Positions 62,672-64,000 of a stretch of DNA of 64,000 nucleotides are shown here, piece by piece. Location: assembly GCA_963848505.1 (NCBI GenBank), contig CAWKEB010000002.1, positions 389,832 to 453,831 of the forward strand, read 5' to 3'. The stretch is from Candidatus Krumholzibacteriia bacterium. Lineage in GTDB: Bacteria > Krumholzibacteriota > Krumholzibacteriia > LZORAL124-64-63. Both the position numbers and the translations under genes were made by a program. Each line of letters opens with the position of its first letter. Position 1 is the stretch's first letter. Under the pieces are notes generated by a model. That model did no database searches and had not been told where the DNA came from. It saw nothing but the letters and a program-made list of their open reading frames with translations.

Positions 62672-64000
62672 TCACCCCTCCGCCCCCTCCAGGCCCAGGT
62701 CCTTCATGAATTTCCGGAAGGTCTGGATCGGCAGATCGCTCCGTTCGGCCGCGCGCCGGATGTCGCCGCCGGCCGCCTTGAGCTGGGCCGGCACGTAGCG
62801 CCGCTTGAAGTCGTCCACCAGACGGGTCTTGGCGTCCTTGTAGTTGCCGATCGCCGCCGAGCGCTGGGCGTGGCCCACCTGCAGGTCGTCCGCCCCGATC
62901 AGGTCGCTGTCGCAGAAGGCCACCGCGCTCTCGATGGTGTTGCGCAGCTCGCGACTGTTGCCGGGCCAGGCATAGCCCCGCAGCAGGGCCTGCGCGCCGG
63001 CACTGAAACCGCCGACGGTCCGGGCCTGGTTGCGCGCCGCGCGGTGCAGGAACGCCGTCGCCTGGGCCATGATGTCGGCCGGGCGATCGCGCAGCGGCGG
63101 GAGGTGCAGCTGGAACCCGGCCAGGCGATAGTAGAGGTCTTCGCGGAAGGCGCCGTCGGCGATGGCCTGCGGCAGATCGATGCGGGTGGCCGCGATCACC
63201 CGCACGTCGACCACCACCTTGTCGTCGCTGCCGACCCGGTCGTAGCTGCGCTCCTCCAGGAAGCGCAGCACCTTGGCCTGGAACTCGGCGCAGCAGGAAC
63301 CGATCTCGTCCAGGAAGAGGGTGCCGCCATCGGCCCGGCCCACCTTGCCCAGCCGGTTGCGGCTGGCCCCGGTGAAGGAGCCGCGGACGTGGCCGAACAG
63401 CTCCGACTCGATCAGCGACTCGGTGATGGCCGGGCAGTTGACGTCCTGGAAGGGACCGGACGCACGCCGGCCCAGATCGTGGATGCGCCGCGCCACCAGT
63501 TCCTTGCCCGTGCCGCTCTCGCCGGTGATGAGCACCGAACCGTCGACCTTGGCGATGCGCGCCACGTCCTGCATCAGCCGTTCGGACACCGGGTCGGCGA
63601 TGACGATCTCGCCGCGCAGGTCCGTCAGTTCCTCGTGCAGATCGGCCAGACGCCGGCGCAGGTCGTCGTCGGCGACGGCCTTCTCCAGCAGGTTGATCAG
63701 CTCGGCGGGATTGGGCGGCTTGGCCACGTAGTGGTAGGCCCCGGCCTTGATGGCCCTGACCACCGCGTTGATGTTGTCGCGATGGGCGCCGGTCAGCATG
63801 ATCACCGGGGGCGCATCGGCCTGGGCCTGCAGCGCCTCGAGCACCGCGAAGCCATCCGGCTCGCAGCCCAGGTCGATGTCCAGCAGCACCACGTCCGGCC
63901 TGAGATCCGCGATGGCCGCCAGGGCCGCGCCGCCGTTGTCCAGCACCTGCACCGAGAAGCGGCCCGCCAGGAAGGAGGCCAGATCCTGGGCGTATGCGCG
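62672..64000 (-). CDS. sigma54-dependent response regulator (NtrC family); its N-terminus lies beyond the right edge
   Basis: The frame stays open to 64000. There is a partial receiver domain. The AAA+ motifs are GESGTGKE and GSFTGA (a GAFTGA variant), plus WPGNSRELRN and a Fis-type C-terminal HTH. Confidence 0.9.
   Translation of the reverse strand, partial: RAYAQDLASFLAGRFSVQVLDNGGAALAAIADLRPDVVLLDIDLGCEPDGFAVLEALQAQADAPPVIMLTGAHRDNINAVVRAIKAGAYHYVAKPPNPAELINLLEKAVADDDLRRRLADLHEELTDLRGEIVIADPVSERLMQDVARIAKVDGSVLITGESGTGKELVARRIHDLGRRASGPFQDVNCPAITESLIESELFGHVRGSFTGASRNRLGKVGRADGGTLFLDEIGSCCAEFQAKVLRFLEERSYDRVGSDDKVVVDVRVIAATRIDLPQAIADGAFREDLYYRLAGFQLHLPPLRDRPADIMAQATAFLHRAARNQARTVGGFSAGAQALLRGYAWPGNSRELRNTIESAVAFCDSDLIGADDLQVGHAQRSAAIGNYKDAKTRLVDDFKRRYVPAQLKAAGGDIRRAAERSDLPIQTFRKFMKDLGLEGAEG

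Overview
A gene-dense, very GC-rich (about 65-70% by eye) bacterial chromosomal segment. I found no rRNA, tRNA or CRISPR array. Most long ORFs in the supplied track are antisense shadows; real genes were picked by GC3-rich codon usage, Shine-Dalgarno spacing, signal peptides and recognisable motifs. All family names come from memory of motifs, not from searches.

Content from left to right:
- A secreted protein running off the left edge, and a TlpA-like thiol oxidoreductase.
- A histidine kinase / receiver-permease fusion / stand-alone receiver operon.
- A porin-like protein plus two 12-heme cytochromes, arranged like a porin-cytochrome conduit.
- Large surface proteins with T9SS/FlgD-Ig-type C-terminal domains: an FG-GAP/ASPIC giant, a CarbopepD-like protein and a GH16.
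- A lipoprotein with a long glycine-rich tail.
- A decayed IS91-family remnant.
- A small accessory islet holding a frameshifted AbiE-like toxin-antitoxin pair.
- An 11-gene nuoABCDHIJKLMN operon lacking nuoEFG, followed by rlmH.
- A Ser/Thr kinase fused to FGE-like and alpha/beta-hydrolase domains.
- A MacAB-type ABC efflux cluster with one frameshifted permease.
- A Tricorn-like protease, an octaheme Otr-family cytochrome, a HAD hydrolase, an arylsulfatase and a beta-CASP MBL hydrolase.
- A sensor kinase with a propeller-like sensor, and a partial sigma54-dependent regulator at the right edge.

Most interesting observations:
1. A small two-TM ORF with an in-frame TGA exactly where I expect the second Cys of a C-x4-C motif, followed by a strong hairpin. 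This is a selenoprotein candidate.
2. An unrecognised extreme C-terminal motif ([DE][ST]xWGx[ILV]Kx[LS][FYW][RK]-stop) shared by four secreted proteins.
3. The porin-cytochrome cluster.
4. The receiver-transporter fusion.

The lineage is probably an uncultured FCB-like or Gemmatimonadota-like group; this is a low-confidence inference.
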